A stretch of 60,817 nt of DNA, the filler included, from Platydemus manokwari (Eukaryota): the NCBI GenBank assembly GCA_037951405.1. It is 6 parts of 6 records of this genome, joined end to end, with 100 filler letters (N's around TTAATTAATTAA, not from the genome) between each part and the next. Parts side by side here need not be neighbours in the genome. Positions count along the whole stretch, not along the records: positions 31,249 to 42,448 come from JBBMOY010841089.1; positions 42,549 to 51,335 come from JBBMOY011350204.1; 4 more parts are not named here. The stretch is one strand, 5' to 3'. The notes beneath the pieces were generated by a model, which searched no databases, had not been told where the DNA came from, and saw only the letters and a list, made by a program, of their open reading frames with translations. The position numbers and the translations under genes are program-made. Positions 36,330 to 49,521 of the stretch are shown here, one piece after another. Numbering within the stretch: the stretch's first letter is position 1; each line of letters starts with the position of its first letter.

Positions 36330-38260
36330 TTATTACCACTTGACCGGTATGGAGGAGAGCCCGTAAATTTTGTTGATTTCATGACAAACAATTCTTTGTA
36401 TGCTTCTGATTACGGATGGACGAAAATAGCAATGATTTAACCACTGCCTCTTTACTTAAAAGCTGCAGCGAGAGAGCCCTACAATCAAACTAACTGACGA
36501 AATGTCATCCTGTGAACGATCATGAAAAACTCTCAATCTGATAAATTGATCACAGAGATCTTGTCTATTATATTCATCAACGATTCTTCCCAAGATCCCA
36601 GAAAGCCGGTGATACAGTCAGATTTTGCAAACACTTGTCAATCCAAGTAGAAAAAGCATTTGGACCAAAAGTAGAATGGCAAGCTCAAACCCGAAAAGTT
36701 GTGGAGGATCTAATTCTAAAAGGAGTTCATCGTCACACCGTTACAACACCCAGTCTCTCAAATTACTCAAACTACGATGAGCTAAAAAGGCCTTTTAAAA
36801 AGGCTATAAGAGTGGAAATGAATTCTACGTACATTACTAGCAAATCCATTACGTATGCATAAAAACTGATATTGTTACAATTGGTAAAATCGAAAAAAAT
36901 TCACAAAATCTATCAATAACATTAAGTTGAAATCCACGTGAGCATTGACAAAATTGTGACGATCTTCAGTCAGTGACTCTGCAAAGAAGCAGCAAGTGGA
37001 TATTACTAGATATTATATATTAATGTGGATACCTAATAGAGAATTAAAGAAGATAGAAATGGCAATAGAAAAGCCTTTTTGTTACGTCTTAAGGACGTCT
37101 TACGCATGAAAAAATTTAAAACAATATTGAAATTAAATTACCCAAAAATTTAATGTGGCCCAAATATTCTATATATAAAGATTTAGCAAAATATTACATC
37201 GATAAAGATGTATTACTAATAGTGCATGAAAAACTTAAACATGTACTACTCATGCAGTACAATGAAGGTATACTAGGAAATCATTTATCATCAAGAAAGT
37301 AATTATAGTTATTAAAATATTATTGGGCTACAATCGAACAGAATGTTAAATCTTAGTGTAAATCCTGGAATTAAACATATCACAATATCAACCACGAACA
37401 AATGATAGTGAAACAATAGTGAGATTCAATGGCACTTTAATCAACATGTTATGGTCATACACCGGAGGAACTCAACGAGGCTGGGATTTTTATATCAAAC
37501 CTTATTTATACACATATAAAAACGCACAGCATGATGCGATAGAAGAAACATAATTTTATTTAATATATTTACGGTGAAATAATATGTTTAAATTATCAGG
37601 AACCCTTAACCCCAAATATGGAAACAGCTGATTAAAAATCATTATTGCAAGAAAGATTACATCCAGTTCAAAAATAAAATATAAACAAGATCAATACAAG
37701 GCTGCTTACAATCGAAATGTTCTTGAACTTAAAATTAAATCAGGAGACCTAGTTTGTCTATTTCGTCACTGAAATACCCGTGGAATCTCTTCGAAAATAA
37801 ACAGTTCATACAAAGGTCCATATACTGTCTTTGGTACAACTCCAACAAATCTGAAAATAAAACCAGTGAATGGGAAAAACACCGAAACTATTGTGGTGCA
37901 TATTAATCGATGTAAAAAAGTATCGGAGGTAAAAGATCACCTTGGCAGTAAATCACAAAAGACAGGTAATGCAATGTGTGTGATCAAGAAGATTGTACAG
38001 TTTATTATTTATCACTTGCTTCATAATCTTATTGAGTATCGATTATACAGTAGTAACAAAGATTTCATCGAAGTTCGAAATTGAATGACTAAAATTTTAT
38101 TCTTTTATTCTCATTTGGGTGTATCAAAGTCACAACCTAGGAATTCTTGAAAATTTACCCTTATACCAAAATATCTTCAAAACATCTACACTATACGATT
38201 TTAATGAAAAAGCAATCATTAATGATATGACATGAAATAATATATACTCTTGAAAAACTG
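36330..38260 (+). mobile_element. Decayed, internally deleted gypsy element (gag to integrase C-terminus)
   Basis: Gag-like LDRYGGEPVNFVDF...YASDYGWT; integrase tail TRGISSKINSSYKGPYTV...VVHINRCKK, sharing TRGIS-K with the 25407-25628 copy. Confidence 0.65.
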
Positions 38261-39049
38261 CATTTTGGATTCATCTTAATCGTGACTTTTGTGGCCCGAA
38301 TTTCTACTGACAATTCGCATATGGAAAAGAAAAATTAAAAACAAATTTGTGATGAATTCAGAATACAAAATTATAACATAAAATACAACGCAATAACACG
38401 AAAGAAACATAAAGATATAAATAAACAAATAATGTTAATGAACAAATAATAAAATAAACGAACTCATAAAATAAAAGAACTCATAAAATAAAATAAGTTT
38501 CACAAGATAAATCCTAACGTTCCACAAATGCCCTGTAGCAAAATTAGTTGAGACGAGAAAAGTGATCATAATTGATGAATTTAGTTTTTAAATTATTAAT
38601 TCCAGTAATAATAAATGAATTTAGTTTTCTTTCTTTTAAAAAAATATCAAAATTAGTAATTATAAAGGAATTTTGGTTTTAAATTAAACTGCTAGCGGCT
38701 AAATTCGGTAATTGGAAGAAGAAATTATAAACCAATCAGATATGCACAGGAGGGAGGTTTTTCCGAATTTATTATTTTGATAACTTGCTTGATAAATGTA
38801 ATTTCAAATAATAATTTCTTTCTTTATTTTAATATCCTCAAGAAACTCGGAAATAAAAGTAAAAATGAAAATAGGACGAGAAAATAATTATATTATTAGA
38901 AATTACAATGTTCATTTAAATTAAACATTTCCGTTTTTTAAAAGTAAATAAAAATCATTCAAAACGGTAAATTTTGAATTAATTCATTTAGTTGTTTAAA
39001 AGAAGACAAGCGTTAGTTAAAATTTTCTAGTGAAATTATATTAAATGGC

Positions 39050-39634
39050 TTATTCATCTCCGGACAACGATATATTAGTCTTCCGATATATTTTCATTTC
39101 CTATAAAAATATTTTAAAGAATTCATTAGCAGTTATTAAACCTTTAAATATCGTTGACGATCTTTCAATGCAAGTTTTTGATATTTCAATTTATTCCTAT
39201 GCACTTCCCACATTTTGCCTAATTCTTTTGAGACATCACATGCTGTAAAATGAGGATTGGCTAATTTAACCGAATTTCTAAATTCGTTACTGAAAAAGAT
39301 AAATGCCGATGATCCTTTTTTAGGTCGAATCGATTTCTTATTCCGTACTTTCACTCGATTTTCCAAAATATTTTCTTTCTTATTCATTGTATTGTTGCGT
39401 TTAGCTAAATCACGATACATTTTTTTCCTAGTATCACTTAAGTTCTACAATTATAAAATAATCATAAACTTATCTATAAATTGTACAAACTTTCCATTCA
39501 AAAGAACACATTTTCGATAAATCACTAAAAGATAATTTTTCTTTAGCATTTTTATTTTTCCTCACTTTGTGATATTCTTGAACGAAAAGGGCATAAGCGG
39601 ATTTATTGCAGCGTTTGTTTTTTATTTTATTCAT
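39050..39634 (-). CDS. HMGB-like protein with two HMG boxes; exons 39634-39491, 39444-39142, 39100-39050 (165 aa)
   Basis: Box A SAYALFVQE...FSDLSKMCSFEWK/NLS...Y; box B PKKGSSAFIFFSNEFR...VSKELGKMW...DRQRYLK/EMKIY; 46- and 41-nt phase-0 GT-AG introns. Confidence 0.88.
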
Positions 39635-42448
39635 AATCAATTAAGATTAAATTTTAATTATAAATCAATTTTAAAATAAATAATTTGTAATCGTGATAAT
39701 TTAAATTAAAATTATTATGATTAAATTTGAAATTAAAATCATAATAATTAAATACGTGGAAATAAAGTTTATGTAATTTCATCTAAAGATAAGCAAAATC
39801 TAAAGAACTTCATAACTCTGGTCATAATTCACGAAACATGTACGATAAGACTACCATCTAGTTATTTTGCTGAAATGGACTAAACGCTCCTTTAATTAAC
39901 AACTTGAATGTTTTTCAAACCAATTTAAGCCTTATTAGTCCATATAAAGAAACCATAGGCACTAATTATAAACTAGATAAAGTCGATCACGTAACTTGAA
40001 CAAATTTATTATGTATTGCGTCTTATGTATGTGTTTTACAAATAATAATGAAACCAGTAATATGTGACTTGGATATGGTTTGTTTGCAGTGAAATTTATG
40101 ATTTGATTACCTCCCTAATTTGCATACGTTATTTTTGTTAAATGTAATTAATGATCATATTTTTATTAATTTAATTTAATTTCATTAGTTAAATATCAAT
40201 TACTGTATTTTTTATTAATATAAGGGTTTAAATGTAAATCTCTTTAGACTCTGTAAGATTGGCACACTTTAATTTCTGTAACTGCAAAAATAATCAATAA
40301 AATTCCCATCTTTCTCGCATTCCAGGATGAACGAAATTCATGAAATAATTATATTTTGAATTCCAACAATCTTATAATTTCTCTCAGTAAATTGAACTAG
40401 TGAATCTCAAGTAATTCTTAGTTAAGTGCACCGTTCATACAATATTTGCTTTTCGATGTCAAATATATATTGTAAACCTCTACTGTTTTATGAAACACAC
40501 ATTGAAAACAAACTGAAAAGATATGACAACAAATTATGTATTTAAATACAATTATATAAACAAATTACTATAACTTTATATAAAATTAAATATTCAAAAA
40601 TTTAAATCAATTTAAAATTCTCACACATATAATCTATTGGGTTATACAGAAATTTTTTTAAAATCCTCTAGTAGGATATTTACTGCGAATTAGGGCATAT
40701 TTCAAGTGTTGTGAAGTGAATATGGATAAAATAACCACGTAAAACCTAATTTTCTATAATTTTCCCAATCTATAATATTTTCATCAAAGTTATCAAACAC
40801 TGATTTTTCCAATGAAGATAAATTTCTACACACAAACCCCTTTCTGCTGCAATAAATCACATTGCTGCGATATATTAGGGAGAATATTAATTAACTAACA
40901 ATCTAAGAAGTCAATCAAAATACTACAAAATGTAAAGCACAAATGAAATCCTTATATAACTGAGTTCTGAGAATTACCAGCAAAAATGTCACAAGCATTC
41001 TACACCAGTAAATAATTATCATAGAATCTGTGTGATAATCAGTGCAAATTGTTTTCTAATTATTTATCAGTTGATAGATCTTAATAATGTTTTGATTATT
41101 ATTGCTATTCGTCATAGTTAAAAATAATCAGAAGAAACAGCTATTCATTTTATCCATAACTCAATAGTCAGAAATCAAGGTGACAAGTGCTTAAAAAAGT
41201 AAAATTAAATTAAAGAAGCATGTATCTCCTTTGTCTATGCGGAAAATTATAATTTCTAAATTTCTAATGAAAAAGATCTGTAATGACATTGTAATAAGAA
41301 GATAAATTTGTTTAATTGTAAAAAAGATAATGAGTAGACTGATCTAAATAAAATAAGAGTCTTCAAATATTAAATAGAAATGTTTTGGAAAGACAAGAAC
41401 TTTTAAATATTTAAATATAAATGTATCTTAGTGTTCTCACTGGATCGCGTCGCTTATATAGTTATGAATAAGATAACCTTTCTTGTAATAAATCAGGATT
41501 GAAGTAAGAGGAAAGGTGAATAAATTCATAAACGGTGGTTGATATTAGATAAAACTGTCTGAATTGGATGTTTAAAAGAAAATAAGAAGTGATTGAGTGT
41601 CAAATTTACAACAATTTTTAATAATAATAATTTCTGATCCTATTTCAATCCTATACATCTTATGAAATTTTTTTATACCCACATGATACCCACATTAGCG
41701 AGATGAAAGAATTAAAAATTGACATTCTCAATGCTCCGTCAAATGCATATTTTCACGATATTGAATTTTTAACAAAAGAATAATTGAATAATGACTTCTA
41801 CTTCTTACTTGATAATGTAATTTAATTCAAAAAGTATTTTCGCAGTAGCCTATCTTATCCTTGTTCTTTTTGATTTTATTTGAGTCAAATGAGTCATCTT
41901 CTGTTGTTAATTTTTGAATAACTCTTAGGACTATTGAATTACTGTCGTTATCTGTGAACATTACATGACTTTTGTCCTAATTTCTTTGCACCATATTTAT
42001 AGATCAATTATTTTCCACACAAACCAGTCGTAATAATTTTATTCTTACTTTTCAATAGAAACTTTAGCTACTTGCGAGCATACTTAGTCTAAGTGTAATA
42101 GACTGTAGAATAAAATGCTATAAAATACAGTCCTTAGAAATTGTATAGTGTACTGTTGAAAATAATTAACAAAATACTTGTAAATGATTTATTAGTCACA
42201 ATAATACAACTTTACGTCCAAAAACAGTCTAACACAAATTCTAACATAAACATAACACTGGCAGCTAACATTCTGGCAATTGACCATCTAGGTCACATTA
42301 TTTATATTCGTGTTTTGTGTGTTTCACTTTTAATTGATTGTTTTGCTTATTGCATTTTCGTTGGATCCGATGACCATAAGATGTGGGGATTAGTCAATCC
42401 CTATGCGTGTCTCCTCGTGTAGTTATGTTTCTCGTAAAATTATGATTT

Positions 42449-42548
42449 NNNNNNNNNNNNNNNNNNNNNNNNNNNNNNNNNNNNNNNNNNNNTTAATTAA
42501 TTAANNNNNNNNNNNNNNNNNNNNNNNNNNNNNNNNNNNNNNNNNNNN
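42449..42548. other. Artificial contig spacer
   Basis: 44N-TTAATTAATTAA-44N. Confidence 0.98.
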
Positions 42549-43259
42549 ATGTTTAAATGATTTGGTAAAACAAAAACTTTAAACAACTAAAAAACATGAA
42601 TAACTTTTGACTCAGCCTAATATGACTTCCCGGCAATATGAATCTAATACAAAATCTCGACAAATTGGTTCAAAATTTTACAAATCTACCATACTACCCA
42701 ACAGAATTACAGTCGATTCGCAGTCTTCTGAATTCCCGCATCAGTGTGCTCACTAATTCTTCTCACCCAAAAAATCAAAAAATTCGCAGGCAAGTCCCAA
42801 TATTCGATGCTGCCGTTAATAACGGAATGTACAAAGATTTCTAGTCCAGTATCAGGAATAACAGTGTAAAACGAAATTAATCATTTTTTATAAAGTCGAC
42901 GTGAGAGATTTCCCATCGCATCGTGAAGACCTTGCTTATGTGAAATAAATATTGATTTTTTTCATAACATGTGTGGATAAATATCGAATGGATAGCCATT
43001 AATTAACTTAATCAATAAATTATTTGTAAGATTTGAATTATTTTTTTAATATTTTTTTTAATTTAAAAATCTTATAATATCTATAAAATCTAAACAATAC
43101 ATTGCAAGCCTATTATTCTATAATTTTAATATATTTTTTGTCATATTATTTGGACTTCTCAGTTATTAAAGTATTGGGACTTTTAAATATAAAGTTAATT
43201 AATAAAGTGAGTTAATGAAGTTTATTTAATCAAGTCAACTAAATAAACCACCACAATAC

Positions 43260-43672
43260 CTCTTCAAGACTGAGCATTAAATGAAGAATCGTGGGTTTCT
43301 TTAGATTCAACCAAAATCGTTGAAATTCCGAATAGATTTTCGCTTTGCAAACAATTTTCAGACAGAGAGGAGCCTCAATTTCATGAACGTAAAAATTAAC
43401 TCCAATTGTCATGTAAACTTGCTGATCTGACAATATATAGATATAGATATGTGCAACACATTATCAAAACGTTATATTTTAATACTGTCTCAAAACTACC
43501 TTTTTCTCTAGCATTATTCAATAATTCGAATCCCTTTTCCATTGGATTCCATTCGCCAGATATGACAAACGTATCAGTTTTGTTCGTGAATTCGCCCAGC
43601 GAATCCATTTCCAGCAGGGCCATGTCTGAATCGTTGAGATATCGACCAGCCCCAATAAACAGACCCATACAT
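43260..43672 (-). CDS. RABGAP1: Rab GTPase-activating protein 1-like, two internal exons 43672-43500 and 43426-43260
   Basis: CMGLFIGAGRYLNDSDMALLEMDSLG...FVISGEWNP...F.LLN.../DQQVYMTIGVNF...EAPL...KAKIYSEFQRFW parallels the RABGAP1 DUF3694 region (CFGLLLSPG..SDMHLLDLESMG..ITGSWNP); 73-nt GT-AG intron in phase. Confidence 0.8.
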
Positions 43673-44173
43673 CTGAAAATTGTGGAAAAATCTCATCGGA
43701 AATCTTTACAATTTATTTAGATATAAGTTTTTTAATGGAAATTAATTTTCTAATAATGTATTTTTTGCTTAATTTTTAAGATTTTTATTTGATTTTCAGA
43801 TAAATTTTTATTAAAAATTTTCTGTTCCATTTATATAAATCAATATTCGAATATCAACTTTTTTTAAAACAAGAAGCTCTTTAGCGAATAATTAATTCAA
43901 TACAACATCAAGCGATTAACTGTCTACGTTAAATCTAATGTGTTTATTTTTTATCATTTTGCGATTTTTAATTTATTTATGCAATTGAGTTGACAGCTCA
44001 CTTTCAGCCACAAAGCAGAATTCCAAAACCAAGCCCCTATTCTAATCAGAATACTTCTACATGATTTTTTTATTTTATAAATTTATTATTTTTATAAATC
44101 AACATAGTAAACTCTAACATGTTTAACAATGTAATAATATCTGTTTTTATAAAATAATTGTAAACATTTTGAG

Positions 44174-44551
44174 AAGCGGTTCTCAACATTTTTTCTATGG
44201 CGACCCATTTTCCCATTTTTAAGATCTTGGATACCCCAAAGAAAATCAATATTACTAAAAATAAGTCATAACTCACCATATTTAATAAAACCAATTTGCA
44301 AAATTTCATTGGTTTACAACAAGTAATGAATTACCTATAATAATAAGATTATCAGATAATAACACTACCTATAAAATACTTAACTATAGTAGTCAAGGTA
44401 ATTGTGAGCAGAAGTAGTTTAATCAGCTTCACAAACTAATTATTTAACAGCATCATAAAACACGATTTTTCACATGTAATGGTTTGTACACCTGCTATAA
44501 TTTGGCGAGGCCTTTAAAAATGCTTGCTGACTCCCGGGTTGAGAACCACTG
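44174..44551. mobile_element. hAT (Buster/Charlie-like) non-autonomous element
   Basis: Termini AAGCGGTTCTCAAC ... GTTGAGAACCACTG match the CAGTGGTTCTCAAC-type TIR; subterminal GGCGACCC; target duplication degraded. Confidence 0.75.
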
Positions 44552-44966
44552 TTCTAATAACACATTGAATTATGGATCCAAACATTTAATATTATAAATT
44601 ATAACAAAATACATGCATTTCGTTGTTCAAATTTAAATAGTTTTATTTAATTCTATTAATCTTTGAGAAACATTTGATCAATTCAAATATTATGCTTAAT
44701 AATTACGTTTAATAATTTCTTTTATAACCTAAAACATTATTCAGTAATTTCATTATAATTATAAACAACTAAAACACTATCAAAATAATTCAAAGATTAA
44801 TTTATCAATACAAATAATTTTATATTCAATAATATAATTTTATGAAGTGTAGGAGTTAATTCTTATTCAGTGAAACACCCTGTCTCTAATACAGCAAAGT
44901 AATAATATTTCTAAAAGCAATGAAAAAAGCAATAAAAGTACCAATCGAACGTCTTTTTCCACGGTT

Positions 44967-45941
44967 GTGTCCACAACTACTACTTCTCATGCATCAATGG
45001 GAACTAGTAAAGATTATTCTTCAAATATCCTATACCAGTCGACAATAGTTATCAATAATCCTGTGAATATAACAAAAATATCCTCTTATTTATCTGAAAA
45101 TAGACGAAATTCTCTGCCTAAAAGTGATACCGAATATTTAGAATTCACTACTGAAGATTTCAAAAAACCGACACTAGTTTATAAGCAAAACAACAAATGC
45201 TCGGTTTTTACCAAAAAATTGAGTCTTAAAGACTTTTTTATGCCATTGAAAACAGATTCTTACGTTTCGGAAAGGCATGTTGAAACAAGTTCCAGTTTAA
45301 GTGACTGTAATTCCGTTAAACATGTCGTACTCGATTCCATTGAACAATTACGAGTGGATATGTTTTTCAATTCCATTCCAATGGATAATAAATTCGAATT
45401 TAAAGAAGAATTCTTTCAAAAGTCAAAGATAAATTCGATAACAATGTCAGAATTTGAATTATTAGTTCAAATGGATACAGATGGTTTTGGTGAGATTAAA
45501 TGGTTCACTTTCGAATCGTTAATGACCAGCGATTTTTCGTTATCATGCTATCAATATCCTACCAAACACATCAAACAGTCAATTTCAATAAAATGTCCTT
45601 TAAGTAAACAAGCATCTTGTTTAACCGATAAACATTTGCTGTTGTATTATTGTGGAACAATATTGTTTGAATTGACTCGAAATCAAGGTTATGAAGTTCA
45701 GGATACAATGGTTTTACCGTATTCTTTTATCAGATCTATTTTAATATTCAAGAAAAAGCAAATTCATAAATTATCGAGAAATTTTAAAATCTATTCAATT
45801 GGTGGAGAATTTAAGAAAAAACAAAACTGTTTGTGGTACACTCATCAAACCAACACGAAACCAATTTGTATGCATCCAAGAACAGAACACATTGTCAAAT
45901 TTAATGTGACGAGAAGTACTAAAAGTGCTAAAATATCTTGA
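44967..45941 (+). CDS. Uncharacterised protein (about 320 aa ORF or exon) with one degenerate EF-hand-like motif; true start uncertain
   Basis: Long open frame in AT-rich DNA; EFELLVQMDTDGFGEIKWFTF resembles an EF-hand loop. Confidence 0.55.
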   Translation: MSTTTTSHASMGTSKDYSSNILYQSTIVINNPVNITKISSYLSENRRNSLPKSDTEYLEFTTEDFKKPTLVYKQNNKCSVFTKKLSLKDFFMPLKTDSYVSERHVETSSSLSDCNSVKHVVLDSIEQLRVDMFFNSIPMDNKFEFKEEFFQKSKINSITMSEFELLVQMDTDGFGEIKWFTFESLMTSDFSLSCYQYPTKHIKQSISIKCPLSKQASCLTDKHLLLYYCGTILFELTRNQGYEVQDTMVLPYSFIRSILIFKKKQIHKLSRNFKIYSIGGEFKKKQNCLWYTHQTNTKPICMHPRTEHIVKFNVTRSTKSAKIS

Positions 45942-48429
45942 TCAATAATATATTTAAAAGGTATATAATGGTTTAATTATCTTATTTTTTTTTAATATTA
46001 TACGATAATTGTTGGAATTATCTAGTGGGTCACGATCTTCTTTTTTGTATTTGCATTAAAAATTTAATACTAAAAACAGAATATGCAACACAAACGCATC
46101 ATAATTTCGTAAATACTGTCCCGGAGACAAGACAATTTAATGGGTCATTTGGGCATTACAATGATATTTTTGAAATGGTGTATTAAAATAAAATAATTTA
46201 TACTTGGTTAATATTTATTACAAAATTATACATGGATGCTTTTTTTGAAATGTTTTTAAAATTTTAAATTTTTCAAACAAATAAGTGCGCACAACATAAA
46301 CCTAGAAAAAGAATCGATTCTGGAGATCAACTGTCGGGTGATGGGCCTACTTTGCAATCAAATGTTGATTATTGGGTTGAATTCTATTTTGTTGTGGTGT
46401 TATTAGTTGATTAATTTTAAATTTTAGCTGTGTGACAATATTTTGTTATTTCAAGCTTTTGTTTTGAATTAGATCTGATTATTATTAATCATAACAATTC
46501 AAAACCTCTAACGACAACATGCAGAAAGCAAAATTCTTAATGCCAAATATAACACCATCTACATATTAATTTTACAATATTTAAGGATGCATTACAAATT
46601 AGTAATTTTTCTTATCTACTATTCGTGTTCTTGACTTCTTCTGATGTTAAATTATTAATTGACATTTAATGTTGAAAATTATAATTCGTCTCACAAGAAG
46701 TTACAAATTCAAATAGTCACCAAATACAATTAGAAATCACAATAAATCAACAATATCCGTCAAGATGGGGTCAACACCCGAGAGTTGAATACAGAACAGA
46801 AGACAACCACGAAGACTAATTTCCAGGAAAATCACGTAAAAGTCACAAGGAATGAGAGTTACCCACCAAAAAGACTGGCAGTTACTCGTTAAATCAAACT
46901 CCTTTATGGGCTTATTGTGCACGTTCAATTGATGTTTCAGAGATTCGCTTCTCATTCGATAAAGTCGCCCAGAGGTTAGTCTGTTAACAAAATTTCTCCT
47001 ACATCTCTCGTGCAATTGGCGGATCTAGGCTTTTGTTGCCATATGTTGGTATGTTCCAGTCGATTATAGAAGTCTACATATGAATTGAAATATAGAAGGA
47101 ATCTTATTGGCTGTGGCACGTACGCTTATCGAATATGTGTGTATAAACCCTATTCCATGATTTCCTTGAATGTTTTGGTTTATTTTGTGACCTGCGATAT
47201 AAACCCCATAATAACCCTAATAAACTTTGCTCGTGAGGGTTTTAATGGTGTTACAATTGTGATTCATCATATTTTGTTATTGGAATTCAGTTTTATTATT
47301 TTATACAATGAGATACACTTCGTATCAATTGTTTTTAAATTTACAAATTTTGCAAATAAAAATAATCATATATTCAAAATAGTTTCTCGACAATATTCAC
47401 TCTGTTATTATCTTTACCAAATAAAGCGAGTGTTTGAAAGTGAACATGGACAAAAGTCTACAAACTTGATACATTTATGGACACAACATTTACAAATTAA
47501 GGATTGGGAAATTTAAGTCCTTGTGTGATACTGATAAATATAAAGAGCCACAAAATTGGTCCAATTATTCACTCATTGTTGGGTTTTCAATGGTTTGTTC
47601 AGTAACTCACACAACCATTAGAAACCTTTAATTAGAATTATAAACAGAATGGATATGATTCATAAATATTGTTGGGGTTCCGGGAAAATAACAATTAACA
47701 TTTTTGCATGCAATTGATTTTATGTATAAAAGTAACATTTTTTATCGTTTTATTGTAAAATATTAATCCTGATGTGCAATTCTTATCTTTTTGTTTCTTT
47801 TGTTAATCGAAGCAGAACATTAAATGAATTATTATTCTTTTAAAAATAGTTTGATGTTTTCAGTCATTAATAATGATGTTGATAATAATGACAATTTAAT
47901 TGGAATTGTGAATAGTTAAAAATTGGATAAAATCTTTTATCATAATTAAAATATTAAGCGTTTGAACTTATGCTAATATTTTAGTTAAATCTTTTTATCG
48001 TAATTAAGTATGATAATAATTAAGTTTAATTTAAGATACAAATTCTTAGTTAATTTCGAATAAAATTGGTAAAATAGAATTAATTAAAATGAAAATAAGT
48101 TAATAATTTTCATTTTCCACTTAGTGACTAAAAATTATCAATTTTTAAACCCCTATTTTCCCCGAAATTACCCGTATATAAATATAATCGTTAACAATAA
48201 AACCCGCATGGCAACCAATTCAGAGAAATAATCACATTGAATTGTGAAAACTTGTCACAATTACATTGAAAAGCAGATCCGCATATTTTATTCAACCCGA
48301 ATAAATCCCCATTGTTCGTGAAAACATATATAAGGCCTCTGAACACCATATGCCTTTTGAACCCGCCTGTTACAAAGGAACCCCCAGTTCTTAGTTGGGA
48401 ACCACTAGAACGTTACGTGAAGTGAATTC

Positions 48430-48765
48430 GTGAAGAAGATAATTTTGTTGTCGAAGCCTCCATTTTCTCTGAAGGCGTGCGATCGAGTTTATGCCCTATA
48501 GTGATATAGGAAGAGTATTTAATTATATTGTCCATCCGAACTTGAGATTAAGTAAGAATAATTCCTGTAAAATACATATTGCCCTATATATCTCGTATAT
48601 TCTTCATATTTATCGAGCCGAGCTCGGAAAAACTCTGAAGAAAAGGACACTGACCCAATAGCACGAAGAATAACTGTTGCTCTAACATCTGCTTCCATTG
48701 AATTGCATATCAAGTTTAATCAAGCGTTTAAGTGTATAAAAGTAGTTGTATAAAATCATTGTATA
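48430..48765. repeat. Unclassified decayed dispersed repeat, copy B
   Basis: Collinear with 34800-35110; contains the 64-aa minus-strand ORF 48519-48713. Confidence 0.6.
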
Positions 48766-49521
48766 TCGTAGTAATTTATATTCATTGTTAATAATTATAT
48801 ACAGTGCCGTACAAGTAGTAATTTATAGCCCCATAATTGTATAAAAGTAGTTATTGGTGTATAATTGTAATTACAATCAACATTCATAACCCGAATATTG
48901 AGTTGATTTTTGAATTACCAGTTGACTTAAGGTATCACCAATTCATAACACATATATATCATTATCATTCATCACCGATTTTGGGAATAATTTTGTCAAA
49001 TAAATAAATTAAAGAGACTGATCATAAAAGTGAGGAGAAAACAATAAAGGTAAGAGACTGTAAAAATATAATAATATCGATATCTACGCCGATCCACTTA
49101 TCATCATATAAGTTGCGATAGTCGAGGCGAAAGAACATCAATTTATATAAGGTCAAAATACTTCCTGAGGCTCAAGATGGACTCACAGTACTGATAAGAC
49201 GTAGTTATCGATCAATCAAAAAGAATAATAGTAAAGAATAAAAGAGAGTGACCCCAAAACGTATCAATATCTAAGATAAATATAAAGTAAATATAAAAGT
49301 AAATTTAAAAGTGAATTGCATTAAATAAAGTACCTTTAATTTGTATCAAAATAGCAGATATTTACAAATAATAAGTTTATAAGTTTTATAAATGAAAATC
49401 TAACACAAAGAAAGAAAAGAAGTTGAATTAAATCTAATATTTCACATTGATCATCATAAAAATCTAAAATCGAGCCAAAATAACCCAAATAAATTCTCCA
49501 ACGTGTTCCCAAAATTCAAAT

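Noticed and set aside
42638-42844. 68-aa ORF resembling a MULE/SWIM transposase tail (HPKNQKIRRQ)
   Set aside because: Similarity too weak to call; no catalytic motif.
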